This document shows, in pieces, positions 9,518-18,109 of a stretch of DNA of 64,000 nucleotides. This stretch comes from an uncultured virus (IMG/VR IMGVR_UViG_3300022925_000007) (Duplodnaviria > Heunggongvirae > Uroviricota > Caudoviricetes). The translations under genes were made by a program, and so were the position numbers. The notes beneath the pieces were generated by a model. That model had not been told where the DNA came from, did no database searches, and saw only the letters and a list, made by a program, of their open reading frames with translations. The stretch lies in IMG/VR virus record IMGVR_UViG_3300022925_000007, one strand, 5' to 3'. The stretch's first letter is position 1. The number at the start of each line of letters is the position of its first letter.

Positions 9518-10924
9518 GTGGCAACACTTCAACCAAAGGATTTTACTAAAGCAGCATCAGGCGGACCTTATGCAGGAATGTCTCGCGATGACATATTCTT
9601 AAAAAAAATAAAAGACAAAAAACTGTTTTTTATCGGTCCTAATGATAGGTCTGGCACCAAAGTCACTGGCGTTGCTTATGATAAAAAGAAAAGAATATTC
9701 TCGTATTATGAAGGAAACAAAAAGTCTGTAGTAAAAGAAGTTCCCATCAATAAAGTTTTTAAAGATAAAGATTTTGGTGGCGGTGCAGGTTCTGGTGGTG
9801 GTGCTGAAGATACAAAATGGACCGAATCAATGCAGTGTTACTACTGCGCATATGTTTTTAATATCGCAAAAAAGAAAGTCACTTCTGTCAGTGATGCCGA
9901 GTTGAAAAAATCGAAAAAATTTGTATATGCAGATGGAAGTTTAGAGGACTGCTGGAAAAATGGTCCAAAGGACTGGATTGAAACGGATGTTTACATTAAA
10001 ACTGCAAACAGACTGTATGAGAAATTTAAAACCAAAATGAGAGGTGGTGTTTATTTTCACCGTGGTTCTAAATTCATGGATAATGTTTATAAAGCAAAGG
10101 CAGAGTGTCACCAACTAGACAAAAAGAACGGTACTCCTCAGGCACCTGGATCTTTCTCTAACGACAAGTGGAATCCAGGTGATATATGGGCATCTACTGA
10201 AGCACCAAATTCTTCTCCTTTGATGGACTATGTTGGAAGTTGGGGAGAATTAAATTCTGCTGTTTATCAAATGGCAGAAAACGGAAAACTTCTCGGTATA
10301 TCTCTCAAGAAAATATCACCAACTGCAACTCAAGCAAAATTGCAAGAATTTAATACTCCTTCTCAAATGGAGAAAAGAGAAAGTTACAGGTTTGGGGGGT
10401 TTACTTATGGCAAAACTGGTGACTTTTTTAGTTCTCAAGACATCTATCTACATACTTCTGTTGGCGATGTTCAATTTAGAACATTCGGCGGCGAAACATC
10501 ATGGCAGGGTGAGATTAAAGGTGGCTCTGCTGCTGGTGGTAAGATAGGCGGCGGTAATGTACATTTTTACTGCAATCAAGTATTTAAAAAGGGGATATAC
10601 GGGTCCGGTGACACAGAAAAATATCTACTTTCTTGGATAAAAAGTAACGAGGGAACTGGAAAGTTTCAAGAAAGAATGTATGAATTATATAAAAAATATA
10701 ACGGCAAGTCTTCTCCCAAAAAACCATTACTTGAAGAAGAAGAATTTTATGCCAAATTGGCAAAGGCAGATTATAAATTTAAGAATAGTAAAATGATTTG
10801 TATGGAATTCCTTGACGTATTGATGTCTGGTACTGCAGCAAAAAGAAACGATTTCACTACAAAAATGTTTCGTTATGCGCAATCGGATACAGATCAATCA
10901 AGTTATTTCGTAAAGGCATATTAA
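9518..10924 (+). CDS. Lys-rich protein, possible PD-(D/E)xK nuclease fold
   Basis: DKWNPGDIW...GISLKK pattern; function inferred only. Confidence 0.5.
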   Translation: MATLQPKDFTKAASGGPYAGMSRDDIFLKKIKDKKLFFIGPNDRSGTKVTGVAYDKKKRIFSYYEGNKKSVVKEVPINKVFKDKDFGGGAGSGGGAEDTKWTESMQCYYCAYVFNIAKKKVTSVSDAELKKSKKFVYADGSLEDCWKNGPKDWIETDVYIKTANRLYEKFKTKMRGGVYFHRGSKFMDNVYKAKAECHQLDKKNGTPQAPGSFSNDKWNPGDIWASTEAPNSSPLMDYVGSWGELNSAVYQMAENGKLLGISLKKISPTATQAKLQEFNTPSQMEKRESYRFGGFTYGKTGDFFSSQDIYLHTSVGDVQFRTFGGETSWQGEIKGGSAAGGKIGGGNVHFYCNQVFKKGIYGSGDTEKYLLSWIKSNEGTGKFQERMYELYKKYNGKSSPKKPLLEEEEFYAKLAKADYKFKNSKMICMEFLDVLMSGTAAKRNDFTTKMFRYAQSDTDQSSYFVKAY

Positions 10925-10925
10925 A

Positions 10926-11006
10926 ATGGATTCTTTTTTGACACAACAATTTCTCTCTGAGCAGAAGAAGGGAAAGGTTTTTGGACCATTCGGGGAACTT
11001 TACTAA
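10926..11006 (+). CDS. Mini-ORF (26 aa)
   Basis: MDSFLTQQFLSEQKKGKVFGPFGELY; TAATG coupling to the next gene. Confidence 0.4.
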   Translation: MDSFLTQQFLSEQKKGKVFGPFGELY

Positions 11007-11308
11007 TGAAAACATTTAACGAGTACATTGCTGAAGCAAGAGTACAAAAGAAACAGGAAGTGAATGGGCAGACGTTTGAGTTTGATTACCACACGAAACC
11101 TACTCCATCACAGCAGCGTGTGTTGAAAGACGTTATGATACCATATGTTGCAATGTATACCAAAGACGGTTATGATGTGACTCTTCGTTCTGAGAAGCAC
11201 ATTGGATTGGACAGTCAGTTTGTGTTGTTTCGAAAGAAAGGTAGCAGAAGCGAAGCAATGGTTGACAAACTGATTAGCAAGAACGGAAAGGTAAAGGATG
11301 CACAATGA
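11006..11308 (+). CDS. Putative internal head protein with T4-like capsid-targeting sequence
   Basis: N-terminus MKTFNEYIAE-A resembles the T4 IPII/IPIII sequence MKTYQEFIAE. Confidence 0.7.
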   Translation: MKTFNEYIAEARVQKKQEVNGQTFEFDYHTKPTPSQQRVLKDVMIPYVAMYTKDGYDVTLRSEKHIGLDSQFVLFRKKGSRSEAMVDKLISKNGKVKDAQ

Positions 11309-11589
11309 AAACGTTTATCCAATACGTTGCTGAAGCAAAAATCAAAACTGCAAAGATGCTAGAAGTCGAACCACATTACGGCAGAACGCAAGCACGTGGT
11401 GGAAAGAGTGGTGGACCGACAGTGTTTGGTGTAGATCATAAAGGCGCCACCGTATGGTTCCACAGAAGAAAAGATGCCAAAGCGTTCATTGATTGGAAAG
11501 GTCGTAAGGCATGGGACGGTAATTCTGATCTTGAGATGTCAATGGTAAAAGATGGTATTGATATTAAACCAACGGTGAGTGGACACTAA
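11305..11589 (+). CDS. Putative internal head protein with T4-like capsid-targeting sequence
   Basis: N-terminus MKTFIQYVAE-A. Confidence 0.7.
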   Translation: MKTFIQYVAEAKIKTAKMLEVEPHYGRTQARGGKSGGPTVFGVDHKGATVWFHRRKDAKAFIDWKGRKAWDGNSDLEMSMVKDGIDIKPTVSGH

Positions 11590-12152
11590 TGAGACACTGG
11601 TTGGCGCAATCAATGACAAAGTTCTTTCGGTTCTTCGCTGATACATTTTTCCGTCAGCGATATGGTCATCGTGCGTTGGTGTTAGAGTCCGTTGCTGGTG
11701 TTCCAGGAATGGTTGCTGGTATGCTGACCCACCTTAAGAGCTTGCGAAAACTCCAGAAGGGCAACGGCACAATGATTCATGAGATGCTCGCAGAGGCAGA
11801 GAACGAACGCAAGCATCTGATGTTCTTCATGGAGATCGTACACCCCAATTGGTTGGAGCGATTCATCATCGTAATAGCGCAGTTTATTTTCTGGCATTTC
11901 TATTTGGTGATGTATCTGCTGTTTCCAAAGACCGCACACCTGATGGTCTACTACTTTGAGTGCGAGGCAGTTAAGAGTTACACCGAGTATCTTAGACTGG
12001 TCAGAGACAAAGTGATAGAGGACGTACACGCGCCCGAAATAGCAGTTAAGTATTATCATATGAAACCTAATGCTCGATTGTCAGATATGATAGTCAAAGT
12101 ACGTGAAGACGAACAGAAGCATGCAGAAGTTAATCATAGGTATTCAAGATGA
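11589..12152 (+). CDS. aox: Alternative oxidase (ubiquinol oxidase, di-iron)
   Basis: LESVAGVPGMV, EAENERKHL, FECEAVKSY, REDEQKH: all four iron-binding boxes. Confidence 0.92.
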   Translation: MRHWLAQSMTKFFRFFADTFFRQRYGHRALVLESVAGVPGMVAGMLTHLKSLRKLQKGNGTMIHEMLAEAENERKHLMFFMEIVHPNWLERFIIVIAQFIFWHFYLVMYLLFPKTAHLMVYYFECEAVKSYTEYLRLVRDKVIEDVHAPEIAVKYYHMKPNARLSDMIVKVREDEQKHAEVNHRYSR

Positions 12153-12158
12153 TGGTGC

Positions 12159-12187
12159 TTTACTTCTGATTATAGATAGTATATAAT
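12159..12187 (+). promoter_or_regulatory. Early-type promoter TTTACT-N17-TATAAT driving pqqA/tmRNA
   Basis: gtgcTTTACT tctgattatagatagta TATAAT. Confidence 0.75.
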
Positions 12188-12211
12188 CAATTGGATCTGG
12201 AGGTAATTCTT

Positions 12212-12283
12212 ATGTGGACTAAACCAGAAGCAATAGACATGCGTGTCGGATTTGAAGTCACCATGTATTTTAGTATTCGATGA
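12212..12283 (+). CDS. pqqA: Pyrroloquinoline quinone precursor peptide PqqA (23 aa, not in ORF track)
   Basis: GGAGG RBS; MWTKPEAIDMRVGFEVTMYFSIR matches the PqqA pattern MWxKP...R.GFEVT.Y with ExxxY core. Confidence 0.92.
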   Translation: MWTKPEAIDMRVGFEVTMYFSIR

Positions 12284-12284
12284 A

Positions 12285-12578
12285 ACATTGTAAATAGGAA
12301 GTGCGGACAGGGGTTCGAATCCCCTCGCCTCCACCATAAGCGCATTAGGCACGGGCGTACAGTGTCGAAATTAAGACTTCCTAGTGTGCTTTTGATGGGG
12401 GCGTTCTGGAATCGACGGGCAACCGAAAGCAATGTGGAGAATCAGTCCATGAACGCTGACTGTAAAAACGGTGGTTCAACAAAAATAATCGCAGCAAATG
12501 ACGATTACTACGGAGATGTTCGCCTAGCGGCATAATCTTCGCGGGGAGTGCCACTGCCTTGTTACCAAAGTGTGGCAT
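12285..12578 (+). ncRNA. ssrA: Circularly permuted (two-piece) tmRNA
   Basis: The acceptor piece has T-arm AGGGG-TTCGAAT-CCCCT and ends CGCCTCC-A-CCA (12336). The coding piece starts GGGGGCG (12397), giving a 7-bp stem with G3:U. Tag ANDDYYGDVRLAA-stop at 12494-12535. Outer boundaries are approximate. Confidence 0.92.
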
Positions 12579-12607
12579 TTATATTACTTTATATTACTGG
12601 AGAATGA

Positions 12608-13327
12608 ATGAAAACTGTTTATTATCATTACTGGATACCCAACGACTGGCGCTCCCTTTTTTGGTACTGGCAACTTGACGAGCAATGTAGGTTGCTAGAA
12701 CAATCAGGTCTCAGCGAAAACGCCCAAATCAACTGCTTTATTACCATGCCTATCTATTGGTCTAGTGACGCTAGAGGCATGCCTTTTCATGCAGCAGGCA
12801 CCAGGGATCCAATTCTTTTTCATGAAAAGGTGCGAGAGTATATCGAGTTCCGTTATCCTTACATCAATTTATCTTTCAGGGATACCGGACTAGTGAATAT
12901 CTACGAGGGAGCAGCGCTCCGCGAGTTACACGGGGACTCTTTACTTTTCGCGAATGAAACCCCGCACGATGTTCTTTACATACACAACAAGGGCATCTCA
13001 AGCGCAGGACCCAATGCAAAGTTGTGGTTTGATTCGTTGAATCGGACGCTAATCACCGGATGGGAAAAATGTGTCGAGTCGTTGAATGCTGGCAACAATG
13101 TAGTCGGCGTCCGCGATAACACTGTTCGTTTCGACGAGCGAGGATTGACTCACGTCAGCGGTAATATGTTCTGGAGCAAGATGTCTTATATCGTGAACCT
13201 AGACGACCCGCTATATGATGACAGGTATGAGTATGAACGCTGGATAACATCTGGCGATAAGGAAGGCGAGAAGGTAGATTACATCCTTGACTTAAAAGCG
13301 GACCCGTTCATAGATTATTGTATATGA
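12608..13327 (+). CDS. Hypothetical glycan-associated protein
   Basis: YEG..L, VLYIHNKGIS, HVSGNMFWSK, RYEYERWI; overlaps the start of the large GT gene. Confidence 0.55.
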   Translation: MKTVYYHYWIPNDWRSLFWYWQLDEQCRLLEQSGLSENAQINCFITMPIYWSSDARGMPFHAAGTRDPILFHEKVREYIEFRYPYINLSFRDTGLVNIYEGAALRELHGDSLLFANETPHDVLYIHNKGISSAGPNAKLWFDSLNRTLITGWEKCVESLNAGNNVVGVRDNTVRFDERGLTHVSGNMFWSKMSYIVNLDDPLYDDRYEYERWITSGDKEGEKVDYILDLKADPFIDYCI

Positions 13328-16300
13328 TATCAATTGCTATAGTTGACACGCTCGGTTTATGTTATGACGGCACTACCCTAACGAAGCGAGGGCTCGGCGG
13401 TTCTGAGTCTGCCGTCATCCTAGTCTCAAGAGAACTTGCTGAACTTGGGTTTGATGTAAAAGTTTTCAATGATTGTTATAGCGATGATGCCCTCCCAGGA
13501 ATATATGACGGCGTAGAGTACATACCTCTTCACGATATTGAGAAGCACGGCAACTTTGACGTGTTTATCGGTTCGCGGTCAGTCGTCTCCTTTGTTCCTG
13601 ATGCCTACAAGGGGCAGTTTAAGTGGGCGGAGAAACTTCCTAACCTAGAAAGAGTTTCCATGAATAGTAAGTATCGCGTTCTCTGGATGCATGATACTTT
13701 CTGCGATGGCGACGATTTCATCGAAGACCTGATTATCGAAGGTCGCCTTCATACTTTGTTCACGTTAAGCGACTGGCATACCACCTACATCGCAAACTGC
13801 CACCACGGCAAGCGCAGGAACTTCGAAGTCCTGAAGAATCATATCTTTCAAACTCGAAACGGTATGACACGGTACATAGATTGGGTTGACATCAGCAAGA
13901 AAGATCCTAATCTGTTTGTCTACAACTCTAGCGTTACTAAAGGTTTGATACCGTTAGTTGAGACTATTTGGCCAGAAGTCAAGAAGGCAATACCAGATGC
14001 AAAGCTGAAAGTCATCGGTGGGTACTATCGCTTTCGTTCTGACCATGGTCCGGATGAGCAGGAGAAGTCTTGGCGAAAGATGGCGGACGACCCTGCTCAT
14101 CATTCCAATGACATTGAATTCACTGGTATTATTCCGCAAAAGGAAATAGCGGAAATACTGGCAGAGTCTTCTTACATGGTTTATCCCGCTGCCTTTCCTG
14201 AGACGTTTGGTATCTCCACACTGGAGTCTATGGCATACAACACGCCACTGATCACCTGTCGGTTTGGCGCGTTGGAAGAAACGGCAATCGACATAGCAAA
14301 CTATAAGATACCTTATGCCATAGAACCCAACGGTTTATTCCCCGACATCGACCATAAGAAGCAGTGCGAGAAATTTGTCAACGCTGTGGTAAGTATCTAT
14401 TACAACAAGTATCTGCATCAGCAGAAGATGTATGCTTGTAATCAGATACGCGGCATCGAAGGTTGGGATAGCGTTGCCCTACAATGGAAACAGCACTTCG
14501 TAAAGAAGTTGGGCCACTTTATGCCCGTCGAAGAATATAGGCATGTGCGCGCAATCAATAGCAGGGTTCGTAAGGTATTCGGGCGAAGATTCTGTAATGC
14601 CGAAGATCAGTCGATCACGATAAACGAAGAAAAACATATTACAATTATTACACCCGTATACAACGCGCAAGATTATATCGGTCGTTGTATCGAGTCTGTA
14701 ATCACGCAGGACTATCGTAATTACACGATGTACATCATTGACGACGCGTCAACTGATAAGACGCTAGAAGTCGTGCACGATACTCTATCTCGTTTGAAAT
14801 TCTCCGGCAAGGTTGAGGTAATCAAGAACAAGGAAAACGTGGGCGCGGTATTCAATCAAATATCGACAATCAAATCCCGATGTAGTCCGAACGATATAGT
14901 AATGTTGCTTGACGGCGATGACTGGTTAGTCAATGATCCGAATATCTTTCACAAGTTCAATAACTATTACCACGCAGGCGTAGAGTACACCTATGGAAGT
15001 TGCTGGTCAGTTGCTGATAGCATTCCGTTAATCGCGCAACCATACCCCCCAGAGATACTGAAACAAAGGGCATACCGTGAGCATAAGTTTAATTGGAATA
15101 TGCCCTATCCGCATCTACGAACATTCGTTGCCAGACTGGCGTTAAATCTAGACGATGAGTTGTTCAAGGATGATCGAGGCGAGTGGTACAAAGCAGGCGG
15201 CGATAATGCTACCTTCTACAATATCATAGAGCAAGCGGATCCTAACAAAATACTCTGCGTTCCTGATATTGTATATAATTACAATGACTTGAACCCAATT
15301 AATGATTACAAAGTAAACGGCGATTTACAAAATAAAACAGCAAAAGAGATAATTGATATGATTGTTGATGATGTTCTAGAAAATGAACTCGAATGGGCAA
15401 AGAATTTAAACAGCGATATCTACTACCATTTAGATACGCTCAAAGAATACGCGAATAAGTGTGAGACGATCACTGAGTTTGGCGTACGAGATGGAATGTC
15501 GACGCGAGCATTACTCTGTAGCAATTACAAGAAACTGCGATCCTACGACCTATACTTAGAAAAACGTGTGGAAAAATTATTTGATCACGCCAGAAGTATG
15601 GGTAGGGATTGCGTTTATGAAACGGCGAACACGCTGACGATGACAATTGATGAGACTGACTTGCTTTTCATCGACACGGATCATACGTACAACCAACTTT
15701 CTGCTGAACTTGAGCGGCATCACTCTAAGGTGCGCAAGTATATTGCGTTTCATGACACCTATACGTTTGGACTAGGCAACCGTGAGAACGATAACAAGGG
15801 ATTGATGACTGCGATCATGGAGTTCATGATTCGTCACCCTGAGTGGAAGGTTGTTCACCACACAACTGAGAACAATGGTTTTACTATCCTAGAGAAGGGG
15901 AGTAGCGATTATAAACTCTTTTCGGTGATCGTACCGACTATGTGGCGTTGCCCCGATCTATTCCAGCGTGCGCTCAAGCAATACGTTGAGCATGAACTGG
16001 TGGGTGAGATCATTATTATCAATAACGATCATGGAATGACGCCGGACTGGGCGGTGCTATCGCACGACAAGGTTCGTATGTTTGCTCCTGGGCAGAATAT
16101 CTATGTCAACCCATCATGGAATATTGGCGTAGAGATGAGTCGGCACGAATTATTGAATATCGTTAATGACGACATCATCGTAGACCTCAAGGTACTATAC
16201 AAATTACAGGATCGCCTGACGCCGAGCAGCGGTCCGCATGGTTGTATCTCCGGCGAGGCGAAGTTTGACCAACCGCAAACTACTGACTATTCGATTGACT

Positions 16301-17220
16301 TCGTAGAGTGGCGCCCAGGAGATACCATACATCACTTCGGTCAGTGTATGTTTATGCATAAGGCAACGTGGACGCCAATTATTGATGGTTTGAATATCTA
16401 CTTCGGCGATGACTTTATATTCCACAGCAATCTGCAGAAGCAAAGAACGCCTGTACTGATCTATAACATTCATCAGGAAACACCTTGCGCTGCTACTACC
16501 AAGGATACGTCTATCACTGGCGGGTTTCATGATAGAGAGCAACCCGTCTATAGCGAATGGGCATCAAAAAATCCTATCGACTACACGTACATGGAAGGAA
16601 AGGAAAAGATCATACCCAAGAAAGCGAATGAGCGCAAGGGTAAGATACTGATTGCCATACCGACCGCGAAGTATATCGAGTCGGAGACGTTTAAAAGCAT
16701 CTACGACTTGAAAATACCAGAAGGATACGAGGTACAGTTTCAAACCTTCTACGGTTACAACATAGATCAGATACGCAACCTGATCGCCGACTGGGTAGTG
16801 CGCGGGTTTGATTATCTCTTCAGCGTTGATAGCGATATCGTCCTGCCGAATGACGCGCTCGAGAAAATGCTAGCGCACGATAAGGCATTAGTCAGCGGTA
16901 TCTACCGTCAGCGGTTGCCCGTTCAAACGCTAGAGGTCTATGATATGGATATGCGCAATATTCCTACTGAGGCATTGCCCAGGAATCAGCTGATTGAGAT
17001 AGGCGGTTGCGGGTTCGGGTGTGTTCTAGTCAAGCAAAAGGTATTCACCGATATAGGGTATCCTCAGTTCGAGTATCATTCGGCGGTCGACCATAAGGAT
17101 ACGTTCAGCGAGGACGTGGACTTTTGCCGTAAAGCACGCGACCTAGGATTCCAGTTATACGCGGATACGAGTATTATATGCGACCATAAGGGGACTACCC
17201 TATATTCGGTTGAGTTATAA
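13318..17220 (+). CDS. Multidomain glycosyltransferase (GT4-like + GT2 + SAM methyltransferase + two GT-A domains)
   Basis: GGSE/WMHD/ETFGISTLE (GT-B); ITPVYN/DDASTD/LDGDD (GT2); EFGVRDG/FIDTDH/FHD (methyltransferase); VPTMW/NDD; SVDSD/GCGFGC/SEDVDFC (GT-A). Confidence 0.88.
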   Translation: MYMISIAIVDTLGLCYDGTTLTKRGLGGSESAVILVSRELAELGFDVKVFNDCYSDDALPGIYDGVEYIPLHDIEKHGNFDVFIGSRSVVSFVPDAYKGQFKWAEKLPNLERVSMNSKYRVLWMHDTFCDGDDFIEDLIIEGRLHTLFTLSDWHTTYIANCHHGKRRNFEVLKNHIFQTRNGMTRYIDWVDISKKDPNLFVYNSSVTKGLIPLVETIWPEVKKAIPDAKLKVIGGYYRFRSDHGPDEQEKSWRKMADDPAHHSNDIEFTGIIPQKEIAEILAESSYMVYPAAFPETFGISTLESMAYNTPLITCRFGALEETAIDIANYKIPYAIEPNGLFPDIDHKKQCEKFVNAVVSIYYNKYLHQQKMYACNQIRGIEGWDSVALQWKQHFVKKLGHFMPVEEYRHVRAINSRVRKVFGRRFCNAEDQSITINEEKHITIITPVYNAQDYIGRCIESVITQDYRNYTMYIIDDASTDKTLEVVHDTLSRLKFSGKVEVIKNKENVGAVFNQISTIKSRCSPNDIVMLLDGDDWLVNDPNIFHKFNNYYHAGVEYTYGSCWSVADSIPLIAQPYPPEILKQRAYREHKFNWNMPYPHLRTFVARLALNLDDELFKDDRGEWYKAGGDNATFYNIIEQADPNKILCVPDIVYNYNDLNPINDYKVNGDLQNKTAKEIIDMIVDDVLENELEWAKNLNSDIYYHLDTLKEYANKCETITEFGVRDGMSTRALLCSNYKKLRSYDLYLEKRVEKLFDHARSMGRDCVYETANTLTMTIDETDLLFIDTDHTYNQLSAELERHHSKVRKYIAFHDTYTFGLGNRENDNKGLMTAIMEFMIRHPEWKVVHHTTENNGFTILEKGSSDYKLFSVIVPTMWRCPDLFQRALKQYVEHELVGEIIIINNDHGMTPDWAVLSHDKVRMFAPGQNIYVNPSWNIGVEMSRHELLNIVNDDIIVDLKVLYKLQDRLTPSSGPHGCISGEAKFDQPQTTDYSIDFVEWRPGDTIHHFGQCMFMHKATWTPIIDGLNIYFGDDFIFHSNLQKQRTPVLIYNIHQETPCAATTKDTSITGGFHDREQPVYSEWASKNPIDYTYMEGKEKIIPKKANERKGKILIAIPTAKYIESETFKSIYDLKIPEGYEVQFQTFYGYNIDQIRNLIADWVVRGFDYLFSVDSDIVLPNDALEKMLAHDKALVSGIYRQRLPVQTLEVYDMDMRNIPTEALPRNQLIEIGGCGFGCVLVKQKVFTDIGYPQFEYHSAVDHKDTFSEDVDFCRKARDLGFQLYADTSIICDHKGTTLYSVEL

Positions 17221-17235
17221 GCAGCGACCCTTTAT

Positions 17236-17268
17236 AACCCTCCTGACGCCCGAGTGATCAGGAGGGTT
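17236..17268. other. 11-bp inverted repeat hairpin
   Basis: AACCCTCCTGA...TCAGGAGGGTT in the intergenic gap after the GT gene. Confidence 0.6.
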
Positions 17269-17282
17269 GCAGGGCGACCTCG

Positions 17283-17343
17283 TAAGTCCTTGATTTTGCT
17301 AAGGAAAATACTCCTTTACTTTGACCCCGTTTTGCCTCATAAT
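17283..17343 (+). promoter_or_regulatory. IHF-consensus box plus early promoter TTTACT-N17-CATAAT
   Basis: TAAGTCCTTGATT (reverse complement AATCAAGGACTTA = WATCAANNNNTTR); -35 at 17315, -10 at 17338. Confidence 0.7.
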
Positions 17344-17375
17344 AGCGGTATAGGTTGAGTTGAATAAGGAAGTAT

Positions 17376-17894
17376 ATGTACAAGATTGGTTATAAGCAAA
17401 AGCATAAATTAGGGTTTTTTGGTAACCCCGACTTCGACGTTATAGGCAGCGTCTCGGGTTACAAGTGCTATCTCGAGCGTGATGAAGATACCCTTTGGAT
17501 CGAGTTTGTCGACCCCGACTATGTCGACAGCAAAGGTCGCGCAAAGCGTGTCTGCGCGGTCACCCTTGCTGAAACCAAACGTGGGGTCTACGAAGTAGAG
17601 TTGACGCTCATGGATACAGAGTATCAGGGGTACAACCTTGCGCCTCGCTTCTATGCTTTTCTGCTTCGCAAACTAGCGATCACCCTTAAAGCAGGGACGT
17701 CTCAGTCGCCCGGAGGACGCTCAATATGGAAGCGCCTAGCAAAGCGTAGGGACGTGCTAATCTACGGCAAAACGCCTGCGGGTCGTCCTGCAATGATGAT
17801 AGAGGAGGAAGGCGAACTCCAACCTGTCCACGGTCGCTTCGAAGCATATGACGGCGAACGCGAGTTTGAAATGTACGCAGTGAGGGCAGTTTAA
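17376..17894 (+). CDS. Early protein, possible GNAT-fold acetyltransferase
   Basis: LMDTEYQGYNLAPRFY (motif A-like) and SQSPGGRSIWKRL. Confidence 0.5.
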   Translation: MYKIGYKQKHKLGFFGNPDFDVIGSVSGYKCYLERDEDTLWIEFVDPDYVDSKGRAKRVCAVTLAETKRGVYEVELTLMDTEYQGYNLAPRFYAFLLRKLAITLKAGTSQSPGGRSIWKRLAKRRDVLIYGKTPAGRPAMMIEEEGELQPVHGRFEAYDGEREFEMYAVRAV

Positions 17895-18109
17895 TGACTA
17901 GGAACGAAAGGGTGTTTCACTATCAAAACCTGCTACTGTTGGGGTATATCCCGTTCGCCGCAGTCGGTATCAATATGCTTCTTGAGCGGTATCCCCTGCC
18001 GGAGGCGAATCCAAGGAAGTGTGACGTAATACACGAAAATATCGACTACCATCGCCGTTGTGCGCAGTACAGCGAGGACTGGCGTGAAGTGGGGTCGCTA
18101 AGTCATTGA
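17894..18109 (+). CDS. Hypothetical protein
   Basis: TAATG-coupled ORF. Confidence 0.5.
   Translation: MTRNERVFHYQNLLLLGYIPFAAVGINMLLERYPLPEANPRKCDVIHENIDYHRRCAQYSEDWREVGSLSH

Noticed and set aside
12170..12578. Three minus-strand ORFs (12170..12352, 12187..12432, 12381..12578)
   Set aside because: They are antisense shadows of the tmRNA and pqqA; MVEARGFEPLS is the typical reverse translation of a T-arm.
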